Assembly (NCBI GenBank): GCA_963677485.1
Contig: OY781964.1
Coordinates: 2,752,001-2,816,000 of the forward strand
Reading direction: 5' to 3'
Length of the DNA: 64,000 bases
DNA from: Armatimonadota bacterium
GTDB taxonomy: Bacteria; Armatimonadota; HRBIN16
Shown: piece by piece, positions 29,500-39,340 of the stretch
Layout: the number at the start of each line of letters is the position of its first letter
How positions within the stretch are numbered: position 1 is the first letter of the stretch
Translations under genes and position numbers: made by a program
Notes under the pieces: model-generated
What the model was told of the DNA's origin: nothing
What the model saw: the letters and a program-made list of their open reading frames with translations, nothing else
The model's database searches: none

Positions 29500-31398
29500 C
29501 TAGCGAATCGCCTCCAGCAGCTTGTCTTCCAGCCATCGGGCCGACTGGGCTTCCAGCGGTGTGTTGATCTGCCCACTTTTGTAAGCACCGATGCCCAGGT
29601 TGTCGCGATGAAGCCACACCACCTCACGTGCAAGCAGCGTGGGCATCAGTGTCAAGGACACAGCCAGGATGCTCCACACAAAAAACGGCTGCATATATCG
29701 CATGGCCGCGGCATAGTAGAGGCGGTAGCGTTGTTTGAGCACAAATGCCGAGATAAACCCAGCCAACGTGCATATGGCGATGACCGACACGGCCAGCCAC
29801 AGTGATGGCAACACGTGCGCCAGCAATAGTGCTGCTGTGACACCAGCAACAGGCAGCCAGTTGCACAGAATCTCAAAACCTCGTGCTGGTGTCTCGACGT
29901 CCTGCTTCTGGCACATCCTTTTGAAGCGGAAACGCCAGATGAACCAGGGAATTACCAGTGCCAGTAGAAGCACAACAGCCTTCTCGGTGGCGGTACCTTC
30001 ACTAATGTTGCCGCTGCGCCAGGGCATCCAGACCGCCTGTGTGAGAAGGGTATACACCGCCAACGGCACCAGCAGCCACCAGATGAGCAACTGACGCAGC
30101 TCCGGCTGCCAGTTCCAGACCGGCAGCGTATCGCCGCTCTTCCGGCAGGCTAAATGCCACACACCGGAGCATAGAATGCCGAACAGCAGCAAAACCAGCC
30201 ATGATATCAGTAAGACTGCCAGACTGGCCTCATCGGCGATGGTATACTCCAACATGCGTGGTGCTGCACGCTGAGCCGTAGTGATCGGCTCTGTGGCGAT
30301 CCATACGGAGGTGAATGTACCTAGATACCACCCAGCATTCCTCAATTCATGCCCAAACAGGCTCTTATTATCTATCTTGTGGATTCGATCAGAAAGAGAA
30401 TCAAACTTTTGCTGCTGGGCTGGCATCTTCAGCAGTCCCGCCAGCTCGGTGGAAGACTTCACGTTTATATTGAGCACGGCCTGCGCAACGAAAGCACGGA
30501 TGAGGTTGCCATCATGTGCCTTGACTAGTTGTTTACTGTAAGGAAGCTGCGCATCCAACAACTGGCGTGCTTCTGCCCGATATCCTAGCTTGATAAGCTG
30601 AGGCCCCGCCGCACCAAGCTGACTAGCCATGTTTCGAAGTTTTGCACTGTAGGGCATGTCAACAAATGGTCGAGCGGTTTCGCTGTTATTCAGATAGGTT
30701 TCGAGCAGTTTTGGATTACGGTCAATTTGGGTGAGATATATATCCTGGTCGTGGCGTCGTATCGGCAGCTTTGATGCCCTGCTATACGCTTGGATTCCGA
30801 GTATCGCCTGCTTGCGGTCGGTCATGGGGTACCGTTCCACAAGCGACTTTCTGCGGGTTTTGGGCTTCGGTGCATCGGCGGTAGGCATGTTCATGCTTAA
30901 CGGCATCTCGGTAGGAGCTATGCGCGGACCTTCAGGGGGTATCCATTTAAACCCCTCATCTAGTCGGATCATCGCTTCCATCAGCGGATAGAGACCATTA
31001 CCTGGGTCGAGGCGTTCACCAGCAGCGCACACAGCCAGTTGTTCGTCGAATGAAGGAAGCTTGCGACCGGTTGGGGCTATACCGAGTATCCCCACACTCT
31101 CCATATGGCTGGTTTGATAGGCCATCTGAGCCTTTTCAGTAGCTGAGAGCTTGTGCTTCTTGCTCAGCTCTGTCAGGTTTAACCCACCTGTCTTGATTCC
31201 TACACCAGATATCACCTGTTCAAGATCAGGTTTCTGAATTTGCGGCCATGGGTTCAGCGGCTTCATGCCAAGCGCCGGAATCTCAGGTACCGGTTGTCCC
31301 AGCCAGGATGCGTTGTTTAACCATCGCACGGACCACAGCCAGCCAATCACAATCGCGGCCAGAACAGAAATGAAACCAAACCAGTTTCGTTGCTTCAT
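29500..31398 (-). CDS. Hypothetical membrane protein, paralog 2 (N-terminal anchor, large extracytoplasmic helical domain, about 6 C-terminal TMs)
   Basis: 632-aa ORF with a GAGGTG RBS. Shares blocks such as RLDPGNGLYP and EAQSARWLE.KLLEAIR with 31736..33829. Confidence 0.8.
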   Translation of the reverse strand: MKQRNWFGFISVLAAIVIGWLWSVRWLNNASWLGQPVPEIPALGMKPLNPWPQIQKPDLEQVISGVGIKTGGLNLTELSKKHKLSATEKAQMAYQTSHMESVGILGIAPTGRKLPSFDEQLAVCAAGERLDPGNGLYPLMEAMIRLDEGFKWIPPEGPRIAPTEMPLSMNMPTADAPKPKTRRKSLVERYPMTDRKQAILGIQAYSRASKLPIRRHDQDIYLTQIDRNPKLLETYLNNSETARPFVDMPYSAKLRNMASQLGAAGPQLIKLGYRAEARQLLDAQLPYSKQLVKAHDGNLIRAFVAQAVLNINVKSSTELAGLLKMPAQQQKFDSLSDRIHKIDNKSLFGHELRNAGWYLGTFTSVWIATEPITTAQRAAPRMLEYTIADEASLAVLLISWLVLLLFGILCSGVWHLACRKSGDTLPVWNWQPELRQLLIWWLLVPLAVYTLLTQAVWMPWRSGNISEGTATEKAVVLLLALVIPWFIWRFRFKRMCQKQDVETPARGFEILCNWLPVAGVTAALLLAHVLPSLWLAVSVIAICTLAGFISAFVLKQRYRLYYAAAMRYMQPFFVWSILAVSLTLMPTLLAREVVWLHRDNLGIGAYKSGQINTPLEAQSARWLEDKLLEAIR

Positions 31399-31440
31399 CG
31401 AACAGCCACCTCATTTGACAATCGGTTTACCACGGTTTGT

Positions 31441-31469
31441 ATTATGCGCACCACCAGATCGTTTGTCAA
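31441..31469 (-). promoter_or_regulatory. Sigma70-type promoter
   Basis: TTGACA-17 bp-CATAAT on the minus strand, conserved upstream of the paralog. Confidence 0.7.
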
Positions 31470-31509
31470 GCGCCGTTGGTGTCTGCAGATAGACGCGAAG
31501 GGAACGAAT

Positions 31510-31727
31510 ATCCACCGATTACACAGATCACACAGATCACACAGATGAGGTGCGGTCACCTCCCCATCCGCGTTCATCCGTGTTCATCCGCGGTTCAGAC
31601 AACTATATGACAGGTAGGATGCGTAGGACGAATAGGACAGGTGACATGCCCTTCTCGCCTTCGCGGCTTCGCGTGAGCTGCTTCCCACCCATCCGCGTTC
31701 ATCAGCGTTCATCCGTGGTTCAGACAA
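31510..31727. repeat. Triplet-module repeat array
   Basis: ACACAGATCACACAGATCACACAGAT; ATCCGCGTTCATCCGTGTTCATCCGCGG; GTAGGATGCGTAGGACGAATAGGAC; CCTTCGCGGCTTCGCGTGAG. Confidence 0.8.
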
Positions 31728-31735
31728 TCAGGCCC

Positions 31736-33829
31736 CTAGCGAATCGCCTCCAGTAGCTTGCCCTCCAGCCATCGGGCCGACTGCGCCTCGACAGGCATGC
31801 TGAGCTGGACCTTCTTGCAGGAGCCGATGCCCAGGTTGTCGCGCTGAAGCCAAACCACCTCGCGGGCGAGCAGCGTGGGCATCAGCGTCAAGGAGACCAC
31901 CAAAATGCTCCACACAAACAGCGGCTGCATGTATCGTGCAGCGGCGGCGTAATAGACTCGGAATTTCTGCTTCAGCGCAAACACCGAGATGACGCTGGCC
32001 AGCCAGAGCGCAAGGAACACCGACACCAGCACGATTTGTGTGCTGCCCACAGGCATATCCGGTGTCTCATCCAGCATCTTTAGCCAGATATTCGTTATCA
32101 CCAGCAGAGGCACGAGGCCGATGACCGGTAACCAGTTCCATAGCACCTCCACACCCTTACTAGGCATGGGGATGGCCTGTTTGACACACATCTTTTTAAA
32201 GCGGTACCGCCAGATAACCCAGGGCACTATCAAGCTCAATGCCATCAACGCGTTCTTTTCGATACCAGTGGCTAACCCGATGTTGCTGCCGCGCCAGGGC
32301 ATCCAAGCCGCTTGCGTGAGCAGTGTATACACCGCCAGCGGCACCAGCAACCACCAGATGATCAGCTGCCGCAGCTCCAACTGCCAATCAAGCTCCGGCA
32401 CCGATGTCGCGGTCTTTCGGCAGATGAGCTGCCATAGGCCGGTGCGCACCAGGCCCACAACCAACAATACCAGCCAGGCAACAAGAAGCATCATGATAAC
32501 AGCTTCATCCACGAGGGTGTATTCCACCATCCGTGAGGCAGCGAGTTGGGACGCAGGGATTGGCGCAACGGAGCCCATACCATACATCATTTCTAGCACC
32601 ATCCCCCCGTTTGCTATTCGGCGGCTGAACACGGCTTTGATCTGCGGGCTTAGTGCGTCGATATTGTGGACAGACTGTTCAAGCAGTCGCTTCTGAGCAG
32701 GCAGTCCCAGCGAGGAGGCGATGGCTATTGCGGTCTTCTGGTTATACTTCAACAGCGCCTTCGCCAACAATGTGTCCATCACGCGACCATCATTGCTGCG
32801 GATCATCTGCGAACTGTAGGGCAACAAAGAGCCCATCAGTTGCAGGGCCTCCGCCTTGTAGCCCATCTGTGCCAACTTAGGACCGATTGACGATAGCCTT
32901 AAGGCCATTTCGCGCGACCTGGTGCTATACATGACATCCATGTCAGACATCATCATCAATTGGTTGGTTTTGTAGTGCTCTACCAGCACAGGATGGCTGA
33001 TCTTCAGTGGTATGACATCCAGTGTATGCCGCTGAATGGGCAGCTTCGATGCTCGGATATAAGCTTTAATCCCCAGAAGCATCTGGGCGCGGTCGACAAC
33101 AGTGTAGCTTGGTTCGGGTCTTACCTTCGGAGTTTTCGGTTTGACCGACGGCATCAGCATAGAGGGAGATGCCATCTTACCCGGTGCTGGGATATTTGGT
33201 TTGCCGCCAGGTGGCATGGTCATCGTGGGCATTTTGGGCTCAGACAGGCCAGGTTTTCCGACGGGTTTTTGCGACATCTGCACTCCAGGCATCGGCCCGG
33301 GGCGTCCAGGGATGGAAGGCATCGGCGCCCAGCCGATTTGCTGGAGGTCATCTGTCAGAGCGATCTGAAGTCGTACCATCGCCTCAAGCATCGGGTAGAG
33401 GCCATTGCCTGGGTCCAGCCGCTGTCCAGCAGCACAGATTTTAATACTGCTATCGAATTGTGACTTCACGTCGGAAGCGCTCCGTCCAGGACGTTTCTCC
33501 GACCAGCTTATGTTGAACATACGCGACGCCAGGAACGCCATCTGCGCCTTTTCGGTGCTGTTCAGACTGCTCTTCTTGGCCAGGTCACCCAACCGCGCCA
33601 TTTTATCGATGATCGGTTGTATGTCGTATACTGGGCTATCTTCATCAATGATCAGGTTCGGCCAGGGATTCAGGGGTAAAATCTTCGCCGTGACAGGCGG
33701 TGTCTCTTCATAGTCGTTCTGGCTCGCGTCCTGCGAATAGAGGAAGCCGATCAAGCGTACAGACCACAGCCAGCCGATCACAAGTGCAAGCAGAACCGAG
33801 AGGACACCAAACCAGCCAGATTTCTTCAT
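31736..33829 (-). CDS. Hypothetical membrane protein, paralog 1, with a Pro/Met/Lys-rich insert
   Basis: 697-aa ORF with the same architecture as 29500..31398. Confidence 0.8.
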   Translation of the reverse strand: MKKSGWFGVLSVLLALVIGWLWSVRLIGFLYSQDASQNDYEETPPVTAKILPLNPWPNLIIDEDSPVYDIQPIIDKMARLGDLAKKSSLNSTEKAQMAFLASRMFNISWSEKRPGRSASDVKSQFDSSIKICAAGQRLDPGNGLYPMLEAMVRLQIALTDDLQQIGWAPMPSIPGRPGPMPGVQMSQKPVGKPGLSEPKMPTMTMPPGGKPNIPAPGKMASPSMLMPSVKPKTPKVRPEPSYTVVDRAQMLLGIKAYIRASKLPIQRHTLDVIPLKISHPVLVEHYKTNQLMMMSDMDVMYSTRSREMALRLSSIGPKLAQMGYKAEALQLMGSLLPYSSQMIRSNDGRVMDTLLAKALLKYNQKTAIAIASSLGLPAQKRLLEQSVHNIDALSPQIKAVFSRRIANGGMVLEMMYGMGSVAPIPASQLAASRMVEYTLVDEAVIMMLLVAWLVLLVVGLVRTGLWQLICRKTATSVPELDWQLELRQLIIWWLLVPLAVYTLLTQAAWMPWRGSNIGLATGIEKNALMALSLIVPWVIWRYRFKKMCVKQAIPMPSKGVEVLWNWLPVIGLVPLLVITNIWLKMLDETPDMPVGSTQIVLVSVFLALWLASVISVFALKQKFRVYYAAAARYMQPLFVWSILVVSLTLMPTLLAREVVWLQRDNLGIGSCKKVQLSMPVEAQSARWLEGKLLEAIR

Positions 33830-33872
33830 CGAATAGACACCTCATGTGAAAAATCGGTTAATCACTGTTTGT

Positions 33873-33901
33873 ATCTTACGCACCGCAGGATCGTTTGTCA
33901 A
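33873..33901 (-). promoter_or_regulatory. Sigma70-type promoter
   Basis: TTGACA-17 bp-TAAGAT on the minus strand, homologous to 31441-31469. Confidence 0.7.
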
Positions 33902-34050
33902 GGACTGCCGGAAGGGTGATTCGCGAATCGCCCATAGACAGATTGTGAAGGCCGGCGACCATGTGCGACGAGTTCCCGCAACCCCCTAAAGTGGGCCTTG
34001 TCATCCGTCGCTGATCATTACCGGTCCGCTGAAGCGGACGGGGGCATCTC

Positions 34051-34449
34051 TTCGTGTTTATTCGTGTTTATCTGTGGTTAAAATCCCTCCGCGTTGTCTG
34101 CCCCGTAGTGGACATGTCAGATGAGTATGACGAGTAGGACGATGCGCCGTGATGCAATGCCTCCACAATTCGTGTCCATTCGTGTGCATTCGTGGTTAAC
34201 AATCCCTTCGCGCCTTCGCGGCTTCGCGTGAGATCATAACCTAATCTGTGTAATCTGCGTAATCTGTGGATAGATTCATCCGTGTTCATCCATGTTTATC
34301 TGTGGTTAAATCCCTCCGCGTTGTCTGCTCCGGAGTGGACATGTCAGATGAGTATGACGAGTAGGACGATGCGCCATGATGCAATGCCTCCACAATTCGT
34401 GTTCATTCGTGGTTGACTATCCCTTCGCGCCTTCGCGTCTTCGCGTGAA
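34051..34449. repeat. Triplet-module repeat array with an internal duplication (period about 230 bp)
   Basis: TGTTTATCTGTGGTTAAA...ATGAGTATGACGAGTAGGACGATGCGCC...CCTTCGCGCCTTCGCG.CTTCGCGTGA occurs at about 34064 and about 34293. Confidence 0.85.
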
Positions 34450-34505
34450 GCCATGTATTCACTGCGTGAGAACCCTATTCTGCTAATTGTTTGTATAATT
34501 GAAAC

Positions 34506-35891
34506 ATGAGTACATCGGCAATCAACACAACAACCTGTTCCGGCTGGGGACGCTACCCAAAAGCTCCCTGCGGGTTATACAGACCCGACAGCCTACGCGA
34601 GCTGGGCGATATCCCCACGGACTGTAAACAGCGCGGCTGGTCGGTGATACCTCGCGGACTAGGCCGCAGTTACGGCGACGCAGCCCTCAATGGCGGCTTC
34701 GGCGCGGCGTTGATGACCCACCTCGACCGTATCATCGAATTCAACACCTCCACGGGTCGGCTGCGCTGCGAGGCGGGTCTGAGCCTGCTGCAGATCATCC
34801 GGCGCCTGATGCCCCTGGGATGGTTCCCCATGGTCACCCCTGGCACGCAGTTCTGCACCGTGGGCGGGGCCATTGCGGCTGATGTCCACGGAAAAAACCA
34901 CCATGTGGACGGCTCCTTTGGCGACCACCTTTATCAGCTCACACTGATGCTGCCCTCAGGCGAGATGGTATCCTGCAGCCGAGAGCAGAATTCCGATCTG
35001 TTCTGGGCCACCGTGGGTGGGATGGGTCTGACCGGTGTGATCGTCGATGCCGAGTTTCAGCTTCGGGCCGTGCAGACGAGCCGGATTACCGAAAGCCGCG
35101 TGCGCACGCGCGATCTGGACGAGACGCTGTTCACCTTCCAGGAGCGCGACAGCCGGTATCCCTATTCCGTGGCTTGGATGGACTGCCTGAGCACAGGACG
35201 CCACTTTGGGCGCGGAGTTCTGCTGTTTGGCGACCATTCGGTAAGTACAGACCTGCCGCGGATGGAGCAGGACAAGCCGCTTTCATTACCCAAAGCGAAG
35301 TCGGTGACGGTTCCGATGGACGCTCCAGGATTTCTTTTGAACCGCCTCTCGCTGCTGGCATTTAACCAGGCCTATTACTCCTTTAATCCCACCAACGAGA
35401 GCCACATTGTCAGCACGCAGCGCTTCTTCCACCCGCTGGACGCCGTGGTGGACTGGAACCGGCTGTATGGTAAAGCCGGATTTACGCAGTGGCAGTGCAT
35501 CGTGCCTTTTGACGGCGGTGCCAAGCGGCTGCAGCAGATTTTAGAAAAAGTGCAGCATAGCGGTCAGTTGCCCTTCCTGTGCATTCTGAAGCGCATGGGT
35601 AAAGGAAGCGGCGGGCTGCTCTCCTTCCCGATGGAGGGCTACACCCTCGCGATGGACTTCCCTGTGCGGAAAGGACTGCTCCCGCTGCTGGATGCATTGG
35701 ATGAACTGGTGCTGCAAGCGGGTGGGCGGCTCTATCTGGCGAAGGATGCCCGGGCGTCGGTCAGCACCATCGCTGCGATGTATCCAAATCTGCACCTATT
35801 TAAAACTATGAAGATGAGTATCGACCCGAACATGCTGATGCAGAGCAACATGAGCCGTCGGCTGGAGCTTTCGGCTGAGGTGTCGGCATGA
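34506..35891 (+). CDS. DprE1-like FAD-binding oxidoreductase (polyprenylphosphoryl-ribose oxidase family)
   Basis: RGLGRSYGDAALN, VTPGTQFCTVGGAIAADVHGKNHH, TVGGMGLTG and GGRLYLAKD. Confidence 0.88.
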   Translation: MSTSAINTTTCSGWGRYPKAPCGLYRPDSLRELGDIPTDCKQRGWSVIPRGLGRSYGDAALNGGFGAALMTHLDRIIEFNTSTGRLRCEAGLSLLQIIRRLMPLGWFPMVTPGTQFCTVGGAIAADVHGKNHHVDGSFGDHLYQLTLMLPSGEMVSCSREQNSDLFWATVGGMGLTGVIVDAEFQLRAVQTSRITESRVRTRDLDETLFTFQERDSRYPYSVAWMDCLSTGRHFGRGVLLFGDHSVSTDLPRMEQDKPLSLPKAKSVTVPMDAPGFLLNRLSLLAFNQAYYSFNPTNESHIVSTQRFFHPLDAVVDWNRLYGKAGFTQWQCIVPFDGGAKRLQQILEKVQHSGQLPFLCILKRMGKGSGGLLSFPMEGYTLAMDFPVRKGLLPLLDALDELVLQAGGRLYLAKDARASVSTIAAMYPNLHLFKTMKMSIDPNMLMQSNMSRRLELSAEVSA

Positions 35892-36625
35892 AGAAAATAC
35901 TGATCGTCGGCGCCACCTCACGCATGGCTTTGGAACTGGCTCGGATGTATGCGGCGGAAGGCGCACATATGGTATTGGCCGGTGTCGAGGCGGACGAACA
36001 GCAGCGTGTGGCGGCGGATGTACGCGTGGGCAACGATGGCGAGGTATACACCGCCGATTTCGATATCACCCAACTGCAGCACCACCGCGACTTCCTGGAC
36101 CAGGTGATCGTGCAGTTGGGCGGCCTCGACGGCCTCGTGCTGTTTTGCGGCAGCATGGCGGGAGTGGAAGAGGCCAAGACCGACCCGCAGGCTCTGGACT
36201 GGCTGATGCGTGTGAACGCCATCGGCCCGATGGCATTGGCGGGTCTGGCGGCTGAGCATATGCAGCAGCAGAGATCGGGCTTCATCGTCGGCTTGAGCTC
36301 GGTGGCGGGTGACCGCGGCCGGCAAAGCAACTACCCATATGGCGTGGCCAAAGGGGCGTTTGCTCTCTATCTGCAGGGGTTGCGCAACCGGCTGCATAAA
36401 AGCGGGGTCAGGGTGATCACCATGAAACCCGGTTTCGTAGATACCCGTATGACCTGGGGTATGGGCAAGCTGCCGTTCATCGCCAGCGCCGAAGAGGTGG
36501 CCAGGGCCATCTACCGCGCCCCTCAGGGCGTTCAAGACATCGTGTATGTAAAACCCATCTGGGCGCTGATCATGTGGGTCATCAAGCACATCCCCGAGGC
36601 GATCTTCAAGCGCATGAAGCTGTAA
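35888..36625 (+). CDS. DprE2-like short-chain dehydrogenase
   Basis: VGATS, SSVAGDRGRQSNYPYGVAK (YxxxK) and KPGFVDTRMT. ATGA-coupled to the DprE1-like gene. Confidence 0.88.
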   Translation: MKKILIVGATSRMALELARMYAAEGAHMVLAGVEADEQQRVAADVRVGNDGEVYTADFDITQLQHHRDFLDQVIVQLGGLDGLVLFCGSMAGVEEAKTDPQALDWLMRVNAIGPMALAGLAAEHMQQQRSGFIVGLSSVAGDRGRQSNYPYGVAKGAFALYLQGLRNRLHKSGVRVITMKPGFVDTRMTWGMGKLPFIASAEEVARAIYRAPQGVQDIVYVKPIWALIMWVIKHIPEAIFKRMKL

Positions 36626-36721
36626 CTGGGGGGCGTGAACCACGGATTGGACGGATCGGGAATGTTTCGTGTTTAGCTTCAAAGCGCCAACAACCGGTTA
36701 AGATGACTCAGAGGTAGCAGA

Positions 36722-37177
36722 ATGACAACAATCAACCTCACACAACCTGAGGCCGATGCGCTACTCGCAATGGATAAATGCCGTATAGATGACCAATTGT
36801 GGACATTTCCGCAACATGGTGGATGCATTAGTATTCCGTTGACTTCTCGAGATCATAGAGAGCACTTCACACTCGATGTAAGCCGTAGTATGAATATCCT
36901 GTGTAAATGGAAATACCAAAACAGGGTTCGTCAGTCTATAATATTGGCAAGGTGTGATATCGGTGGTGCTCCACATCGGAACCCAGATGACATAGAGATT
37001 GGATGTCCTCACCTACACCTATACCGTGAGGGGTATGGGGACAAGTGGGCGTTCCCTCTCCCTCAAAAGTCTTTTCGCGATACGACTGACATGTGGATGT
37101 TGCTCATGGACTTCATGAGCTATTGCCATATCGTAGAACCTCCGAATATCCATAAGGGTGATACCCATGATAAGTGA
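36722..37177 (+). CDS. Uncharacterised protein (DUF6978-like)
   Basis: '[14 protein letters not shown]...FTLDV...[15 protein letters not shown]...[17 protein letters not shown]'. GAGG RBS. Family name assigned from memory. Confidence 0.7.
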   Translation: MTTINLTQPEADALLAMDKCRIDDQLWTFPQHGGCISIPLTSRDHREHFTLDVSRSMNILCKWKYQNRVRQSIILARCDIGGAPHRNPDDIEIGCPHLHLYREGYGDKWAFPLPQKSFRDTTDMWMLLMDFMSYCHIVEPPNIHKGDTHDK

Positions 37178-37931
37178 ATTTCACGATCTGCTAGACAAAT
37201 ACCATCTCTGGCTTAAGGAAAAGACAACGCTTCGGCAGGTCAATGACTGGGTTGAGATCACCACTCCTTACCTGGACAGACACAACGACTACCTTCAGAT
37301 ATATGTTAAGCCTGATGAGGGTGGCTATGTATTGATGGATGACGGCTACATCCTAGAAGATTTGGAGACCTCCGGGTGCAAGTTAGATTCGCCTAAACGG
37401 CAGGAGCTGTTGCACACCGTACTAAACGGGTACGGCATCAAGATCGTCAACGGCACACTGCAGGTACGTGCAACAAACGAGAGCTTCGCCCTGCGGAAAC
37501 ACAATCTGTTGCAGGCGATGTTATCGGTCAATGATATGTTCTACCTCGCCCAACCTGCTGTGGCTAGTCTGTATTGCGAAGACGTGGCCAACTGGCTTGA
37601 CTATCACGAAATCCGATACACACCGAGGGTGAAGTTTACCGGCAAGACCAGTTTTGATTATATGTTTGATTTTGCAATACCAAAATCAAAAACACAACCC
37701 GAACGGTTGATCAAGGCCATCACCAATCCCAATCGCGATTCTGCCCAATCGGCAATCCTCTCATGGCACGACACCAGGGAGGTTCGTCCCCATGCATCCA
37801 GGTTCTATGCCGTTCTGAACGATGCCGCACGCGATATACCTTCGACGGTCATAGAGGCCTTGCGAAGCTACGACGTGGTGGTAGTTCCCTGGAGTAAACG
37901 CGATGATGTCTGGGAAGAACTCGCTGCGTAG
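37167..37931 (+). CDS. DUF1828/DUF1829 domain protein
   Basis: '[18 protein letters not shown]...YVLMDDGY' (DUF1828) and '[17 protein letters not shown]...ERLIKAI' (DUF1829, PD-(D/E)XK-like). Confidence 0.8.
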   Translation: MISEFHDLLDKYHLWLKEKTTLRQVNDWVEITTPYLDRHNDYLQIYVKPDEGGYVLMDDGYILEDLETSGCKLDSPKRQELLHTVLNGYGIKIVNGTLQVRATNESFALRKHNLLQAMLSVNDMFYLAQPAVASLYCEDVANWLDYHEIRYTPRVKFTGKTSFDYMFDFAIPKSKTQPERLIKAITNPNRDSAQSAILSWHDTREVRPHASRFYAVLNDAARDIPSTVIEALRSYDVVVVPWSKRDDVWEELAA

Positions 37932-38017
37932 CTTCTATACCCAACATTGGCATTACATCCACCCAGTCTACCCCTCCCATTTGCCACGTTGGCCGGTGTG
38001 ATGATTAACTGTATCTA

Positions 38018-39340
38018 ATGAGAACACTCGCACATACACTCCTATACACCTTCCTTTGCCTGCTGGTGACCGTCACAGGCGCGAAGGCGCAGCCCGAAGT
38101 CAGCCTCACCGGACTGCCAAACGGTCTGCGGGTGATCGTATGCACGCGCACGGAGGCCCCGCTGGTCAGCATCCACCTGAGGGTTCACAGCGGCTCCGCG
38201 GCGGATGCGCCCACCGCGCTGGGTGCTGCACATGCCTGCGAACACATCATCTTCAGCGGCACTACCACCCGCGGTCCTGGCGAAATGGACAACGAGATCG
38301 AGGGCATGGGTGCCAGTCTTCAAGCCACTACCACCCGCGATACCATCCAGCTCTCCACGGTGGTCTCCAAGAGCTATTGGCAGGAGGTCGATGCACTCAT
38401 CGCCGATGCGGTGCAGAACCCCACAGTGCCGGACAAGGAGTTCGACCGCGAGCAGCTCATCATCCTGCAGGAGTTAGCCCGTCGCAGCAATGAGCCGCGC
38501 TTCCAGGCGGAGGAGGCGCTCTGGCCAATGCTGTTGCCTGAGAGCCCGTATGCGCACTCGATTGGCGGCACCAAGCAAAGCGTGCTGGGGCTGAAGCGTG
38601 AATCAATCCTGCAATTCATCCGAACCCACTTTGTGCCCAATAACTGCACGCTGGTGCTGACGGGTGACATCACGCCAGAAGAAGCGCTGCCGGTGGTTCG
38701 TAAGCACTACGGCAACTGGACGGCTGTCAGTCTGCCCCCGGTGCCCGCCCCGCAAAGGCCAGTATCGACCAGCATACGAGGTCAAAAACTGCTCTCTGTA
38801 TCGTCACAACGCACTGTAGCGTTCGGGTTTGTGGCCCCCGGCGTGGCTCAGTGGCGCGATGCCCTGGCGTGCGATGCCCTGCTCTATCTGCTCAGTGCCC
38901 CTGAGGCGAACCTCAAACAGCAGTTGCTGCATGACAAGCTGGCTAGCCAGGTAGATGGCCGCTATACCACCAGCCGATGGCCCACACTGCTCTACCTGAG
39001 TATCCCGCTGGGTAACCAGACGGATGCCCGCGATGTCGAACAGCGGGTTCTGGCTGAATGTTCACGACTAGCTGAGCAGGGGCCGACACCGATGGAGCTA
39101 AGCAAAGCGATCCGGCAGCTTGCCGGGCAGCAGTTATTCACCGAGGAAACCCTGGAAGGGCAATCCACTTTGCTCGGGTTGATGGATTCTATATCCGACT
39201 ACCGCAAGTCGCTGAGCTATATCACCGACCTTCAAAGCCTGAGCATTCAAGAGGTGCAGACGGCCGCCCGAAACTACCTGGTAAATGGCCCCAGGGCTAT
39301 CGTGACGGTAGAGCCGATGAACCTGGAGGCAGCGAAATGA
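38018..39340 (+). CDS. M16 (pitrilysin-family) zinc peptidase, catalytic subunit
   Basis: Signal peptide, LPNGLRV, HxxEH motif HACEH, and FVPNNCTLVLTGDI. Confidence 0.9.
   Translation: MRTLAHTLLYTFLCLLVTVTGAKAQPEVSLTGLPNGLRVIVCTRTEAPLVSIHLRVHSGSAADAPTALGAAHACEHIIFSGTTTRGPGEMDNEIEGMGASLQATTTRDTIQLSTVVSKSYWQEVDALIADAVQNPTVPDKEFDREQLIILQELARRSNEPRFQAEEALWPMLLPESPYAHSIGGTKQSVLGLKRESILQFIRTHFVPNNCTLVLTGDITPEEALPVVRKHYGNWTAVSLPPVPAPQRPVSTSIRGQKLLSVSSQRTVAFGFVAPGVAQWRDALACDALLYLLSAPEANLKQQLLHDKLASQVDGRYTTSRWPTLLYLSIPLGNQTDARDVEQRVLAECSRLAEQGPTPMELSKAIRQLAGQQLFTEETLEGQSTLLGLMDSISDYRKSLSYITDLQSLSIQEVQTAARNYLVNGPRAIVTVEPMNLEAAK

Noticed and set aside
29500-33829. Diversity-generating retroelement acting on the paralog 3' ends
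   Set aside because: No reverse transcriptase is present in the window, the differences are not visibly adenine-specific, and both copies are inside full genes.
24503-37931. Classical integron
   Set aside because: There is no tyrosine integrase, and I could not identify attC sites with RYYYAAC...GTTRRRY boxes.
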